A stretch of DNA of 64,000 nt from Mobula hypostoma (Eukaryota). Position 1 is the stretch's first letter. Every line of letters begins with the position of its first letter. Below are positions 47,901 to 60,657 of the stretch, piece after piece. The stretch covers positions 9,362,001 through 9,426,000 of the forward strand of contig NC_086097.1 of the NCBI RefSeq assembly GCF_963921235.1. The letters run 5' to 3'. Under the pieces are notes generated by a model, which had not been told where the DNA came from, did not search any database, and was given only the letters and a program-made list of their open reading frames with translations. Both the position numbers and the translations under genes were made by a program.

Positions 47901-48377
47901 GCACTCTGGTTCCCATCCCCCTGCAAATCTAGTTTAAAGCCTCCCCAATAGCACTAACGAACCTCCCTGAAAGGATATTGGTCCCCCTGTGGTTCAAGTG
48001 TAACCTGTCTCTCTTGTACAAGTCCCACCTGCCCCAGAAGAGGTCCCAATGATCCTGAAATCTGAAACCCTGCCCCCTACACCAGTTCCTCAGCCACTTG
48101 TTCCTCCTCCAGAGCATCCTATTCCTACCCTCACTGGCACCTAGCACAGGTAGCAATCCTGAGATTACCACCCTTGAGGTCCTGCTTTTCAACTTCCTAC
48201 CAAGTTCTCTATACTCACTGTCCAGGACCTCTTCACTCTTCCTTGCTATGTCATTGGTACCGATGTGCACCACGACATCTGGCTGGTCACCCTCCCACTT
48301 CAGAATGTCATGCAATCGATCAGAGACATCCTTGACCCTGGCACCTGGGAGTCAACAAACCATCCTGGATTCTCTGT
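44916..48377 (-). mobile_element. Near full-length CR1 LINE (ORF1 esterase part, APE, RT, tail)
   Basis: CIYFNARSI, ISETWL, YYRPPNS, GDFN, LGSSDH-like motif, [19 protein letters not shown]. Few frameshifts. Confidence 0.96.
47929..48377 (-). pseudogene. CR1 ORF1 SGNH/GDSL esterase-like domain fragment
   Basis: LPGARVKDV, VVVHIGTNDI, VISGLLP, RDRLHLN. Confidence 0.85.
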
Positions 48378-49378
48378 CCATGGAGAAACCATCACAAACT
48401 CCCACTGCCCTGATGACCCTGTAATTTCAATCTCTGAGACTGACATGAGAGCCTCTTTCAAGATTGTGAATGCACAAAAAGTATGCAGTGCAGACTGGGC
48501 CTCTGGCCAATTACTAAAGACCTGTGCTGATCAACTGGCTGGAGCGTTCACCGCTATCTTTAACCTCTCGCTTCGGCAGTCTGAGGTTGCCACCTGCTTC
48601 AAGCAGGCCTCACTTATCCCAGTGCCTAGGAAGACCTCAATGACTGTCATCCAGTAGCACTTGCATCCACAGCGATGAAGTGTTCTGAGAGGATGATGAT
48701 GAAACTTATCAACTCCTTCTTGAAAAGTGAGTTGGATCTGCTCCAGTTTTCCAACAGGCACAACAGTTCCACAGCAGACGCCATTTCATTGACTTTTCAT
48801 TCAACCCTGGAACACCTGGACAGCAAAGATGCATAAATCATGATGCTCTTTACCAACTACAGGTTGGTATTCAATGCTATCGTTCCCCTCAAAACCGTTC
48901 AAGAAACTTCAAGACCTTGGCCTCAATACCACCGTGTGCAATTGGATTCTCAATTTCCTCACTTGTAGACAGCAGTCAGTTCAGATTGACAACAAAAACT
49001 CCACGATCTCTATCAGCACAGGTGCACTTCAAGGCTGTATGGTTAGTGCCTTGCTTTACACTTGTCACTGTGTGTGTGGCTAAGCACAGCTCCAATGTCA
49101 TACTTCAGTTTGCTGATGTCATCTCTGTCATTGGCTGGATAAAAGATGGGTGACGAATCAGCATATAGGAGGGAGATTGAAGATCTGGCTGATTAGTGCC
49201 ACAGCAATAACCTTTCACTCAATGTCAGCAAGGAGCTGATATTGACTCAAGGATGAGAAAGGCAGAGGTCCATGTGCCAGTCCTGATCATGAGAATCAGA
49301 AGTGGAGTGGATCAGCAACTTTAAATTCTTTGGTGTTATCTTTTCAGAGGACCTGTGCTGGGACCAGCACATAAAGTG

Positions 49379-49700
49379 CATAGAAACATAGAAAACCTAC
49401 AGCCCAATACAGGCCCTTCAGCCAAACATGTACTTACCTTAGAACTTGCCTAGGCTTACCCATAACCCTCTATTTTTCTAAGCTCCGTGTACCTCTCCAG
49501 AAGTCTCCTAAAAGACCCTATCGTATCCGCCTCCACCACGTCACTGCCAGCCCACTCCACGCATTCACCACTCTCTGTGTAAAAAACTTACCCCTGACAT
49601 CTCCTCTGTACCTTCTTCCTTCTCCCTTCTTAGCCATTTCAACCCTGGGAAAAAGCCGCTGACTATCCACATGATTAATGCTTCTCATCATCTAATACAC
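49379..49700 (-). mobile_element. CR1 3' fragment inserted in Rex1
   Basis: (CATAGAAA)n antisense tail. AGTGCA is repeated in the flanks. Confidence 0.75.
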
Positions 49701-49854
49701 AGACAATTAGTGCAATTATGAAAAAAGCACGGTAATGCCTCTGCTTCCTTAGACGTTTGTGAAGATTCCGCATGACATCCAAAACTTCTATTGACAAAAT
49801 TCTATAGATGTGTGGTGTAGTGTATATTGGCTCGTTGCATTACAGTCTGATATG

Positions 49855-50695
49855 GAAACAAGCCCTTTAGCCAATCTCGTCCATGCTGAAATATTAACTT
49901 CCCTAGTCCCATTAACTTGCACCCAGACCATAGCTCTCTATCCCCATTTCTTCTCTGTGGATTGTCACCTTGTCGTGGTGGAGAAGCTTGTGTGGTCCTG
50001 TGATCCCGAGAGCAATGCCGTCTAGAGCTATGCTCCTGGTAGGGTCACCCATGGCAGTAAGGTCGAGGGTGAGGTCCCTGATAAAGAACAATCCAACCAA
50101 GACCTCTACGTTGGAACAGGTGGACGAAGTTACCTCGAACTCAACGGCTATGAAGGCGGATGAAGGCTGCAACAAATCCATCAGCTCCAATCGTCGTGGT
50201 TTCCATGCCATTGGAATCAGTTGGTTGATTTGTGAAGTATCGTGTGCTTCTTGGAGTGCAACGTCAAGCATACATTAAACAAATACACACACAGGTGTCT
50301 TCACTCTGTGGGCCACTTCTTCAGAACGAAGACCATCATCCTCGACCTCAAGGGATAGCCATGATGACAACAATGATACCCATCTAATTCATGTACCTAT
50401 GAAATTTCTCTTAAATATTGAAATCAAATCTGTATCCTCCTCTTCCACTGGCAGCATTTTCCACTTCCCTCACCACCTTCTGAGTGAAGAAGTTCCCTTT
50501 CATGTTTCCTTTACACAATTCGGCTTTTACCCTTAACCCATGATCTCTAGTTGTAGACTCACCCAAGCTCAGTGGAAAAAGCCTGCTTGCATTTACTCTG
50601 TCTGTACGCTTCATGATTTTGTATACCTCTGTCAATCATCCCCTCATTCTCCTACACACTAGGGAGTAAAGTCTTCATCTATTCAACCTTTCTGT
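49855..50695 (-). mobile_element. CR1 3' fragment acting as host for an RTE-derived short element
   Basis: EVYKIMKRTDRVNASRLFP...GNFFTQKV. Confidence 0.8.
49950..50375 (+). mobile_element. Short non-autonomous element with RTE (Expander/Rex3/BovB-type) 5' leader
   Basis: CACCTTGTCGTGGTG...GAGCTATGCTCCTGGTAGGGTCACCCATGGC...AAGGTC. (GAT/GAC/AAC)n-like tail. Imperfect TSD ATCCCCATTT / ATACCCATCT. Confidence 0.7.
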
Positions 50696-52469
50696 GATTC
50701 TGTCATGGATTTCAGAGCAGGAGGTAAAGGAATACTCCTCAATAAATAGTGAAATATTACCTCTAAAGGGCATATTTTTTATTTTAAAATAATAATCCTT
50801 TGTATTATATTCCTCAGCCAGAGGAAATATCCTTCCTACACACCAATGAACCCTATAAGTGATCCCATAATATCTGTTATAAACTCATTTCCTTAGTCAG
50901 AGATTCCATGTTGGCAATATTTTTAAACTCCCAGAACCAATTTAGAACGAAGAAGAGAAGGATAAATTCAAGAACCATTGGACAATCAATACTGAAGAAG
51001 CATTTCACCTGAAACGTTGACTGTTCATTCATTTCCATAGATGCTGCCTGACCTGCTGAGTTCCTCCAGCATTTTGTGTGTGTTCTTCTTGCGTGTAGGT
51101 AAAGGTTGACAGACTGTAAATTTTGTGTAGATCTATGTAGGGAGAGTCATAGAAAAGCACAACAGAGAAACAGGCCCTTCAGACAATTTAGTCCATGCCG
51201 AACCATTTAAACTGCCTACTCCCACCGACTTGCACTCAGACCATCGCCCTCGATACCCTTAGCATCCATATACCTCTCCAAACTTCTCTTATACATTGAA
51301 ATTGAGATGAGAAAAATTATTGCAGAAACTTGCTACAGTATTTTAAATATGTAATTAACAAGATAATCAGATATTTGTATTTCAAATTCAATTACATCAA
51401 CCTAAACTCGTTAATAAACTTCAAGAAATACCGTCCCTCTATTGGTTGTGCTGCATATCAGTGCCAACCTTTCCATTGGAACTTTCTAATGTGGGAGAGG
51501 GAATGATCAATGGGCTTACAGATCACACTGTAGTTCTCTGCATCTGCACTTTGAAGAAACTGTTACTTTGGTTCTATTTCCTCCCTGTTTCCCCAGGGCC
51601 CTAAATCTCAAGTTTTGCATCTTTTAAAAGTCCTTTTTTTGATCTACTTCCAAAATTAATGCATTCCAGATCACAATCTAAAAAATCCTCTGCAAAATAT
51701 GAATAAACAATTAAACCAATATTAACTAACGTGCATTCACACCACTGCATTTACTGACTTTTTTGCATACATTAGCTATTAATTTCCCTCAATTATCAAT
51801 GCAACTTATTTAATATTCCAAATATATTTTACAATAATGCAAAAATCTTTCACACGTAACAGATGAAATTTCATAATAAAAGGAATATTAACGTGCATTT
51901 CATTATTATTTTAACTTTAAATAATAATTTTTGTAAACATATATTCCACATGTACTTTAATCCCAGGTGTCTTTGAATATAGGGGCATTGATTATTACAA
52001 TGTAAATAATTCATTTACACAAAATGCTGGAGGAACTCAGCAGGTCAGGCAGCATCTATGGAAATGAATAAACAGTCGGCGTTTCAGGCTGAGAGCCTTC
52101 TTGAGGACATTGAATTGGTGTCAATTTTGAAACCCATTCTGGCATCTACAGATTTTCTCATATTTATAATTCAATTATATACTGTATGCCTTTTACTTTT
52201 ACAAAATCGATATGTTGAGGTCATATGGCAGGCAGTTTTTAATTTCTCTTAAATATTTTTCTAACAGTTAAAACTACATTTTGATGTAACTTGTCCAATT
52301 TTAATCCACAGGCATTTGTTTCTGAATGGAGTCAGCAATGAGTAGGTAACAAGGGAGACTGAAAGTGTTTTGCATACGGAGATGCTCTTGAGCACACCAC
52401 CTTTGTAAAGCGTTCTTATTTAAGTGACTGTTGCTTTCCTGCCAGCTTGAGAAAGTCTGGCCATTCCCC

Positions 52470-52898
52470 TCTGAACTCTCTCATTGAACTCTCTCGCACT
52501 TCCGGTAATAGCCCCTTCCCTTCTCCTTCACCATTCCCCATACCCTATTTCCCTCTCTCACCTTATCTCCTTACCTTCCCATCACCTCCCTCTGGTGCTC
52601 CTCCCCCTTCTCTTTCTTCCATGGTCTTCTACAGTCTCCTATCAGATTCCCCCTTCTCCAGCCCTTTACCTCTTTCACCTATCAGTTTCCCAGCTCTTTA
52701 CTTCACCATTCCCCCTTTCCTGATTGCACCTATCACCTACCAACCTGTACTTCTTCCTGCCCTCCTCCCACTTTTTTGCTCTAACTTCTCTTCTTCCTCC
52801 AGTCCTGATGAAGGGTCTCAGCCTGAAACATCAATTGTTTACTCTTTTCCATAGATACTCTTTGACCTGCTGAGTTCCTCCTGCATTTTGTGTGCGTT
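52470..52898 (+). mobile_element. Neptune PLE 3' terminal-repeat fragment with hammerhead at 52800-52837
   Basis: CAGTC-CTGATGA-AGGGTCTCAGCCT-GAAA-CATC. Confidence 0.8.
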
Positions 52899-55500
52899 CA
52901 CTGAATCATGACTGAAAGAAGATTCTAGTTGGAAGCTCACTGTCCAAGGATACCTATTGTATCGAAAGACAGGCAGGAAAACAGAGACGGCAGAGTTGCT
53001 CTGATGGCAAAAAATGAAATCAAATCATGAGAAAGAGGTGACATAGGGTCAGAAGGTGTTGAGTCATTGTGGATAGAGCTAAGGAACTACAAGGATAAAA
53101 TGACCCTCATAGGAGTTATATACAGACCTTCCAAAAAGGAGTAAGGATGTGGACAAGAAGTTACAATGGGAGATAGAAAATGCATGCTAAAAGGGCAACG
53201 TTATTACAGACATGGTGGCATTCAATATACAGGTAGATTGGGAAAATCAGGTTTGTGTGGGATCCCAAGAGTGGGAATTTCTGGAATGCCTCTGTTATGG
53301 CATGGGGGATCAATAGGGGATCAACTATTCTAGATTGTTCTTGCGCAATGAACCAGAATTGATTACGAGAGCTTAAGGTAAAATAACCCTTTGGGTAAGT
53401 GATCATGATATGATTAAATTTGAGAAGGAGAAGCTGAACTCAGATGTATCAGTGAGAGAGGAGATGGCCAGAACTGATTGGAAAAGAGTACTACCAGGGT
53501 TGACAGCAGATCAGCATATGCTAGAATTTCTGGAAGCAATTTAGGAGGCACAGGATATATACATCCTAAAGAGGAAGAAATATTCTAAAGCGGAGATGGC
53601 ACAACCATGACCAACAAGAGAAATTGAAGCAAACATGAGAGCCAAAGAAAGGACTTAAAATAGATCAAAAATTAATGGGAAAATAGAGGATTGGGAAGGT
53701 TTTTTAAAACCATCATAAGGCAATTTAAAATGTCATTAAGGAGATGAAGATGGAATACAAAAGTAAGCTAGCCAATAATATTAAAGATGTACTAGAAGTT
53801 TCTTCAGAGACATGAAGTGTAAAGGAGAGGCGCGAATGGATATCGGACCGCTGGAAAACAATGCTGGAGAGATAGTAATGGGGGACAAGGAAATGTCAAA
53901 CAAACTGAATAAGAATTTTGCATCAGTCTTCACCATGGAACACATTAGCAGCATGGTGAAAATCCCAGGTGTCAGGGGTCTTAAAGTGTGTGAAGTTACC
54001 ATTACCAGAGAGAAGTTTCTTGGGAAACTGAAATGCCTGAAGGTAAGATAAGTCACTTGGATCAGATGATGTATACCTCAGGGTTCTAAACTAGGTAGCT
54101 GAAGAAACTGTGGAGATATTATTAATGATCTTTCAAGCATCACTAGATTCTGGAATGGTTCCAGAAGACTGGAAAATTGCAAATGTCACCCCACTCTTCA
54201 AGAAGGCAAAGAGGCAGAAGAAAGGAAACTATAGGCTAGTTAGTATGACCTCAGTGGCTGGTAAGATGTTGGAATTGATTATTAAGGATAAGGTCTCAGG
54301 GTACTTGGAGACACATTATAAAATAGACTGCAGTCAGCATGCTTTCCTCAAAGCAAAATCTTGCCTGACAAACCTGTTGTAATTCTTTAGAGAAATAACA
54401 AGTAGGATAGACAAAGGAGAATTGGTTGATGTTGTGTACTTGGATTATCAGAAGGCCTTTGACAAGATACCACACATGAGGCTGTTTAACAAACTATGAG
54501 CCCATGGTATTACAGGAAAGATTCTAGCATGAATAAAGCATTGGCTGATTGGCAGGAGGCAAAGAGTGGGAGTAAAGGGAGCCTGGTCTGGTTGGCTGTT
54601 GTTGATTCCACAGGAGCCTGTGTTTGGACCGATTCTTTTTACATTATTTGTTAATGCTTTGGATGATGAAATTGATGGCTTTGTTGCAAAGTTTGCTAAT
54701 GATATGAAGATGACTGGAGGGGCAGGTAGTTTTGAGGAAGGACTTAGATTGGGAGATTGGGCAAAGAAATGGCAGATGGAATACAGTGTCAGGAAGTGGA
54801 TGGTCATGAACTTTGGTAGAAGAATTGAAAGGGTTGACTATTTTCTAAATGGAGAAAATACAAAAAAACTGTGGTGCAAAGTTAATTTGCAGATTGAGTC
54901 GGGGTGAGGAGGGCAAATGCGATTTTAGCGTTCATTTTAAGGGGGTGAGAATATAAAAGAACAGATGCCAAGTTGAAACTTTATAAAGCACTGGTGAGGC
55001 CTCACTTAGAGTATTGTAGGTAGTTCTAGGGTCCTTATCTTAGAAAGGATGTACTGAAACTGGATAGGGTTCAAAACAGGTTTACAAAAATATTTCAAGG
55101 ATTGAAAGGCTTGTTATATGAAGAATATTTGATGCGATTCAGAAGAATGAAGGGTGTCCTTACTGAAGCCTATCAAATGGTGAAAGCCCTGATATTGGAT
55201 GTGGAGAGGATGTTTCCTGTGGTGGGAGAGTCTAAGACCAGTACAGCGACTAAAAGGAATTTGTTAACCAGAGAGTGGTGAGTCTGTGAAATTCTTTGTC
55301 ACAGGTATTCATGGAGACCAAGTCTTTATGTATATTGAAGGCTTATGTATATTTAGGTTCACGATTGGTCAGAGCATGAAGGCATATAGGAAGATGGCGG
55401 GAGACTGGGGCTGAGAGGGAAAATAGATCGGCCATGATGAAATGGCAGAGCAGACTTAATGCCCTAATTCTGCTCCTATATCTTACAATATTATGGTCTT
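52899..55500 (+). mobile_element. Degenerate CR1 LINE ORF2 (APE and RT) plus 3' UTR
   Basis: VPEDWKIANVTPLFKK, NYRLVSMTS, KFANDMK. Many stops. Confidence 0.9.
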
Positions 55501-56029
55501 AAAAGCCAATACAATCCTAATTTGCCACCTGCCTTCTTCTAGACAACACCTATCACCCAATATCATCTCTCATTCATTACCTCCTTTTTCATCTGTTGCT
55601 GACAAATCTGTCTATCCCCATCTCCTCTTAGATCACATTTCTTCCTATTCTGATGTTTGGTCTGAACAACAACTGAATCTCTTGACCATGTCTGCATGCT
55701 TTTATGTATTGAGTTGTTGCCCCGTGATTGGCAGATTAAATATTTACACTAACGAGCAGGTGTACAGGAGCACCTAATAAAGTGGCCACTGAGTGTACAT
55801 CTTGAAATGCATTCAAGTTGTGTTGGGTTGATGTTGATTAGTAGCTGATAAATTGCTGCTGACTTTGTTTAAGGTTTCCAAGTCAAATAGTAAGATGTTC
55901 AGGTTTATGGTATTGACATCCCACGTTGAAGAGTAGTCATCTACATGGGGAACACTCAGTGAGGAGAATGGTTTTGCATTTCCCATCTGACCACATTTGT
56001 TCACACACATCCGATACTTAATTGGGCTG

Positions 56030-58024
56030 TAAACACAAAATAATCTGCGGATGCTGTAAAAGATCAAAGCAACATTTTTAGTACGCTGGATGAACTCAGC
56101 AGGTCAGCCAGCATCAGTCAGAAACGATGAGTCGACGTTTCGGGCCAGAACCCTTCGTCAGGACTGAAGAATGAAAGATGGGGAAGGATTTGAAGAATGC
56201 TTGTAGCGTCAGTTGATAGACCAGTAATTTGAAAGACAAAGGGGTGGGGGAGGGGAAGCATTGACGTCATAGCCCTGAAAACAATGGGTAGTAGAAGAAG
56301 GAGGCGGAACCATGAGGGAGCTGGGGGAGGGGGTAGAGTGAAATAGGGATAGAGGAAGGGAGGGGGAGGGAATTACCGGAAGTTGGAGAATTCTATGTTC
56401 ATACCAAGGGGCTGGAGACTACCTAGACGGTATATGAGGTGTTGTTCCTCCAACCTGAGTTTAGCCTCATCATGGCAGTAGAGGAGGCCATGTATGGACA
56501 TATCTGAGTGGGAATGGGAAGCAGAGTTGAAGTGGGTGGCTACTGGGAGATCCTGTCTGTTGTGGCGGACGGAGTGGAGGTGCTCGACGAAGCAGTCCCC
56601 CAATCTGCGTCCGGTTTCACCGATGTAGAGGAAGCCACACCGGGAGCACCGGATGCAATAGATGACCCCAATAGACTCACAAGTGAAGTGTTGTCTCACC
56701 TGGGAGGACTGTTTGGGGCCCTGAATGGTTGCAAGAGAGGAGGTGTAGGGACAGGTGTAGCACTTACGCTTACAGGGATAAGTGCCAGGTGGGAGATCCG
56801 GAGGGAGGGACGTGTGGATAAGGGAGTCGCCGAGGGACCGATCCCTGCGGAAAGCAGAGAGGGGTGGAGAGGGAAAGATGTGCTTAGTGGTGGAGTCCTG
56901 TTGAAGGTGGCGGACGTTGCGGAGGATAACGTGCTGGATCCGGAGGCTGGTGAGGTGGTAGGTAAGGACAAGGGGAACTCTGTCCCTGTTGTGGTTGCGG
57001 GCTGAAGTGCAGGAAATGGAGGAGATGTGGGTGAAGACATCATTGATGCTGGTAGAAGGGAAACCACGATCCTTAAAGAAAGAGGACATTTGAGATGTCC
57101 TGGAACAGAAAGCCTCATCCTGGGAGTAGATGCGGCGGAGACAGAGGAACTGGGAATAGGTAATGGCATTTTTGCATGTGGCGGGGTGGGAAGAGGTATA
57201 GTCGAGGTAGTTATGAGAGTCAGTGGGCTTGTAGAAGATGTCAGTGGACAGTTTGTCTCCGGAGATGGAGACCGAGACATCGAGAAAGGGGAGAGAAGTG
57301 TCGGAGATAGAGTAAGTGAATTTGAGGGCTGGGTGGAATTTTGAGGTAAAGTTGATGAAATTGACGAGCTCAGAAGGGTGCAGGAAGCAGCACCAATGTA
57401 GTCGTCAATGTACCGAAGGAATAATTGGGGAGCAGTACCAGAATAGGTCTGGAGTACAGACTGTTCCACATAACCAACGAAGAGGCAGGCGTAGCTGGGT
57501 CCCATGCGAGTTCCCATAGCTACACCTTTAGTCAGAAGAAAGTGGGAAGAGCCAAAAGAGAAGTTATTAAGTGTGAGAACCAGTTCCGCCAACCGGAGGA
57601 GGGTAGTGGTGGTGGGGAACTGGTGAGGTCTATTGTCCAGGAAGTAGCGGAGGGCTTTGAGGCCTTCTTGATGGGGAATGGAGGTGTATAAGGATTGGAC
57701 ATCCATAGTAAAAATGTAGCTGTTGGGACTGGGGAATTGGAAGTTATTGAAGAGGTGGAGGGCATGGGATGTATCCCGGATGTAGGTGGGGAGGGACTGA
57801 ACTATGGGTGACAAAATGGAGTCCAGGTAGGCAGATACATGTTCGGTGGGACACGAGCAGGCAGAAACTATGGGTCTACCGGGACAGTCAGTCTTGTGTA
57901 TCTTTGGGAGGAGGTAAAACCGAGCGGTACAGGGTGTGGGAATAATGAGTTTAGCGGCTGAGGATGGAAGGTCTCCTGAGTTGATAAGGGCAGTGATGGT
58001 GTGGGAGACAATGGTTTGATGTTT
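56030..58024 (-). mobile_element. Neptune-like Penelope element, 5'-truncated (RT and GIY-YIG)
   Basis: FTMDVQSLYTSIPH, GVAMGTRMGPSYA, LRYIDD, PCKRKCYTCPY, GVIYCIRCSRCGFLYIGETGRRL. 12-bp TSD TTAATTGGGCTG (56018-56029, 58025-58036). Confidence 0.96.
56130..56165 (-). ncRNA. Minimal type-I hammerhead ribozyme motif (intact)
   Basis: AGUC-CUGACGA-AGGGUUCUGGCCC-GAAA-CGUC-GACU. Confidence 0.87.
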
Positions 58025-58644
58025 TTAATTGGGCTGATAACCACAGTTGGACTGTCATTACATCTGCCAAAAGCACTCTGTGATGCCCAGTCCCCTGTTT
58101 TATCTCAGTGTCAGTCACTATATTTCATTGTCCCTTCATTGAAGGTTCCATCTTATCTTTGGATCTCATTGGTTTCCCATAAGATATAACTAGAAATATA
58201 ACAACAAGCAACCCTGTTGTAGCTGAGAACTGCTTTATGTCAGAAAGCAGGCAATCTGTACTATGTAGTGGATTTCACAAAAAAATATTTATTGATGATC
58301 TGTCTGTCATTCCTGGTTACACATCACAGATTTTAATATCCTGTTGAAATATAGTACGTGCTGCAAGACCTTCACAGTTATTAAAATATTCACAATGTTA
58401 TTGATCGAATTTTTTACAGCAGTTCTCAAAAGTGTCTTTCATGGAACAATACTGTGTTATTCAAACATTTAATTAAATTTCTTAATATTTCTTTTTGTTT
58501 TGTTTTACAATATTGAATACCACAAAAAAAGTGATAATGATCTCATTCCACCAAATGTAAAATTCATAACTCCTCTCTTTATGCCAACAAGTTTGCATGA
58601 ATATACAACCCCTCCCACGCAAACCCTCCCCGGCAACCCCCCCC

Positions 58645-58647
<3 letters not shown>

Positions 58648-58687
<40 letters not shown>
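58648..58687. repeat. (CA)n microsatellite
   Basis: Read directly from the sequence. Confidence 0.95.
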
Positions 58688-58690
<3 letters not shown>

Positions 58691-59194
58691 TAAGCAAGAT
58701 TTTAACGAGGGCATTTTGCATGGACAAACAACTGTGCTCCCACCCGCCCCACATGCATACACATACACACACATACGCGTGAGCAATATTTTAACAAGGC
58801 CATTTTTCTCTCGTTCTATAGGTGACATGCATAATGGTACAAAATTCAGAGCAGTAGGAAAAACAGAAAAACAACCAACCTTGCTCCACCACTGCTCCAC
58901 TGAGTATCTCCTTGAGAAAAGAAGTGGGATCAGCTGATATATCCATTTTATTTATTTCCCTATTTTACTTAGAGGTAAATACAGAACAATCTTTTCTGAC
59001 TCAACGATCTGTGGGTTGCAGAGTGCTGTAGATCGTACGGCTAGAAGGACCTGTTCTGAGCTGCATTTCTAAATAAGTAAATAAATCTCTTTGAATTCAG
59101 AATCCAACAGTAGATGCTTGAATATATCTTCAATCATTATAGTTGGATCATTTCCATCATTATTTTCAGTGTGAACAAATGGTTCCATTGAGGT

Positions 59195-59470
59195 ATAGAG
59201 CACTTCAGCACACAAAAGGGCTTTTTGGCCAATCCAGTCTGTGCTGAACTGTTATTCTGTCTAGAGCAATCAACCCAGACCTGCACCATACCTCTCCATA
59301 CCCCTCCATACCCCTCCCATCCAAGTATTTACCCAAGCTTATCTTCAATGTTACATTCAAACTCATATCCACCACTTCTACCGGCAGCTCGTTCAACACT
59401 TTCAGCACCGTCTGACTGAAGAAACTCCCTCACGTTCCCTTAAATATTTCACCTTTCACCCTTAACCTAT
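59195..59470 (-). mobile_element. CR1 3' fragment
   Basis: LNELPVEVV...YLDGRGMEGYG. Confidence 0.75.
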
Positions 59471-59499
59471 TGACTAACCTTTACAGTGGGAGTCCACAG

Positions 59500-60200
59500 T
59501 GTCATGTTCCACAATTAAGTGTGGAAATATATGAAAACCTAGCTTCTTCGAGTCTAGTGGTAAATAGATAGTCTTACAATGATGAGTAAAGTTCAGTTCA
59601 GTTCGTGGTATTGAGTTGAGTAGTGATGGAGAGAGAGAGAGAGGGAGAAATTTGACTCTTCAGGTGAGCTGACGCTGTCGATCTTCCCGTTGTCCTCCGA
59701 AATCCTTTAGAATTCACCGACAGCGACCACAACAAAGGGGACCGCTCTTCTGTGTTGGAATGATCAACCCAGGCAAGGGTTGGACGCACAAATAACTCCC
59801 CACTGGTCACTCCCTTTTCACACTGCGAGAGCCACTGATCGATCCGCCTGATCGATCCGCCTGATCGATCCTCCAAAACCCACCTTTTTTGTGGGCACAT
59901 CAAAGCTCATTCAGTGTCCAGAACCATGTGTCTCCAGGTCTAACAGCTGCCCTTCTATTTATCTCACCGTGCTGAACACCAGCTGTCCATCAAATAGCTC
60001 CTCCTTTCTCTCTCTGTAAGAACACAGAAGCTGCTAGTGTCCTTGTAGAAAGTGTAAACAAACTGTGAGCAGTCTTCACCTCTCTCTGTCTCTCTCTCTC
60101 TTTCTTTCTCTCTCTTTTTAACAAGGTGTCTGGTGTTGAACAGCTCTCTCCGTCTCTTTTAAAAGCACAGTTCATAGGGGTAATTCAGGACCCCGTCGCA
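59500..60200 (-). mobile_element. Probable solo LTR, 701 bp
   Basis: Minus-strand termini TGCGAC...ATGACA. Flanks ACAG / ATAG, a 4-bp TSD with one transition. Strand is inferred. Confidence 0.6.
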
Positions 60201-60657
60201 ATAGTAACTGAAAAGATACCTCTGCTGGGACAATGGAGTTCACACGGATGACCTCTGAGGACAGACACTCGAGCAGGCACTTTAAATTAGTATTGTGGGG
60301 GGTAAATTTCGGGATACACAAACCCCTCTAATTATTGATTACTTGGCTGAAGATGTTTGATGTAGTCCAACTAACGTTACCTCACTTTCTGAATGTTAGG
60401 CCAATGCATTTAATAATGTCTTACGGCCATGTGGTTTTACAAAACCCATCCCTAGATTGGCTTCCGACTGTGAACCAGCAGTCATATTTTTGTTTCAGAT
60501 AGCGGACCTTGTTCATTCAGAACTGATTACTGCCTGTAGTTTACATTCTGAAATTCTCATGACATCTGGTTCTCATTTGTATTAATAGTTACTGTATCTT
60601 AAACTTGTATGGGGTAATTTTATCAACTAATTCCACCAGTAGTGAGCATCCTTTATG

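Larger units (their letters stand above)
44000..49850 (+). mobile_element. Degenerate Rex1/Babar LINE (APE and RT), split by CR1 insertions (pieces ~44000-44918, 48378-49380, 49705-49850)
   Basis: MIKCRPFYLPREF...AAYVPPSA, LKTCADQLAGAFTAIFNLSL, CNWILNFLT, STGALQGC, FADV. Confidence 0.88.

Noticed and set aside
55813..56067. 84-aa minus-strand ORF as a host exon
   Set aside because: It starts inside a PLE terminus and has no recognisable homology or clear splice pair.
58482..58937. His/Thr- and Val/Cys-rich ORFs
   Set aside because: They are translations of the (CA)n microsatellite; the same applies at 4580-4865 and 9848-10300.
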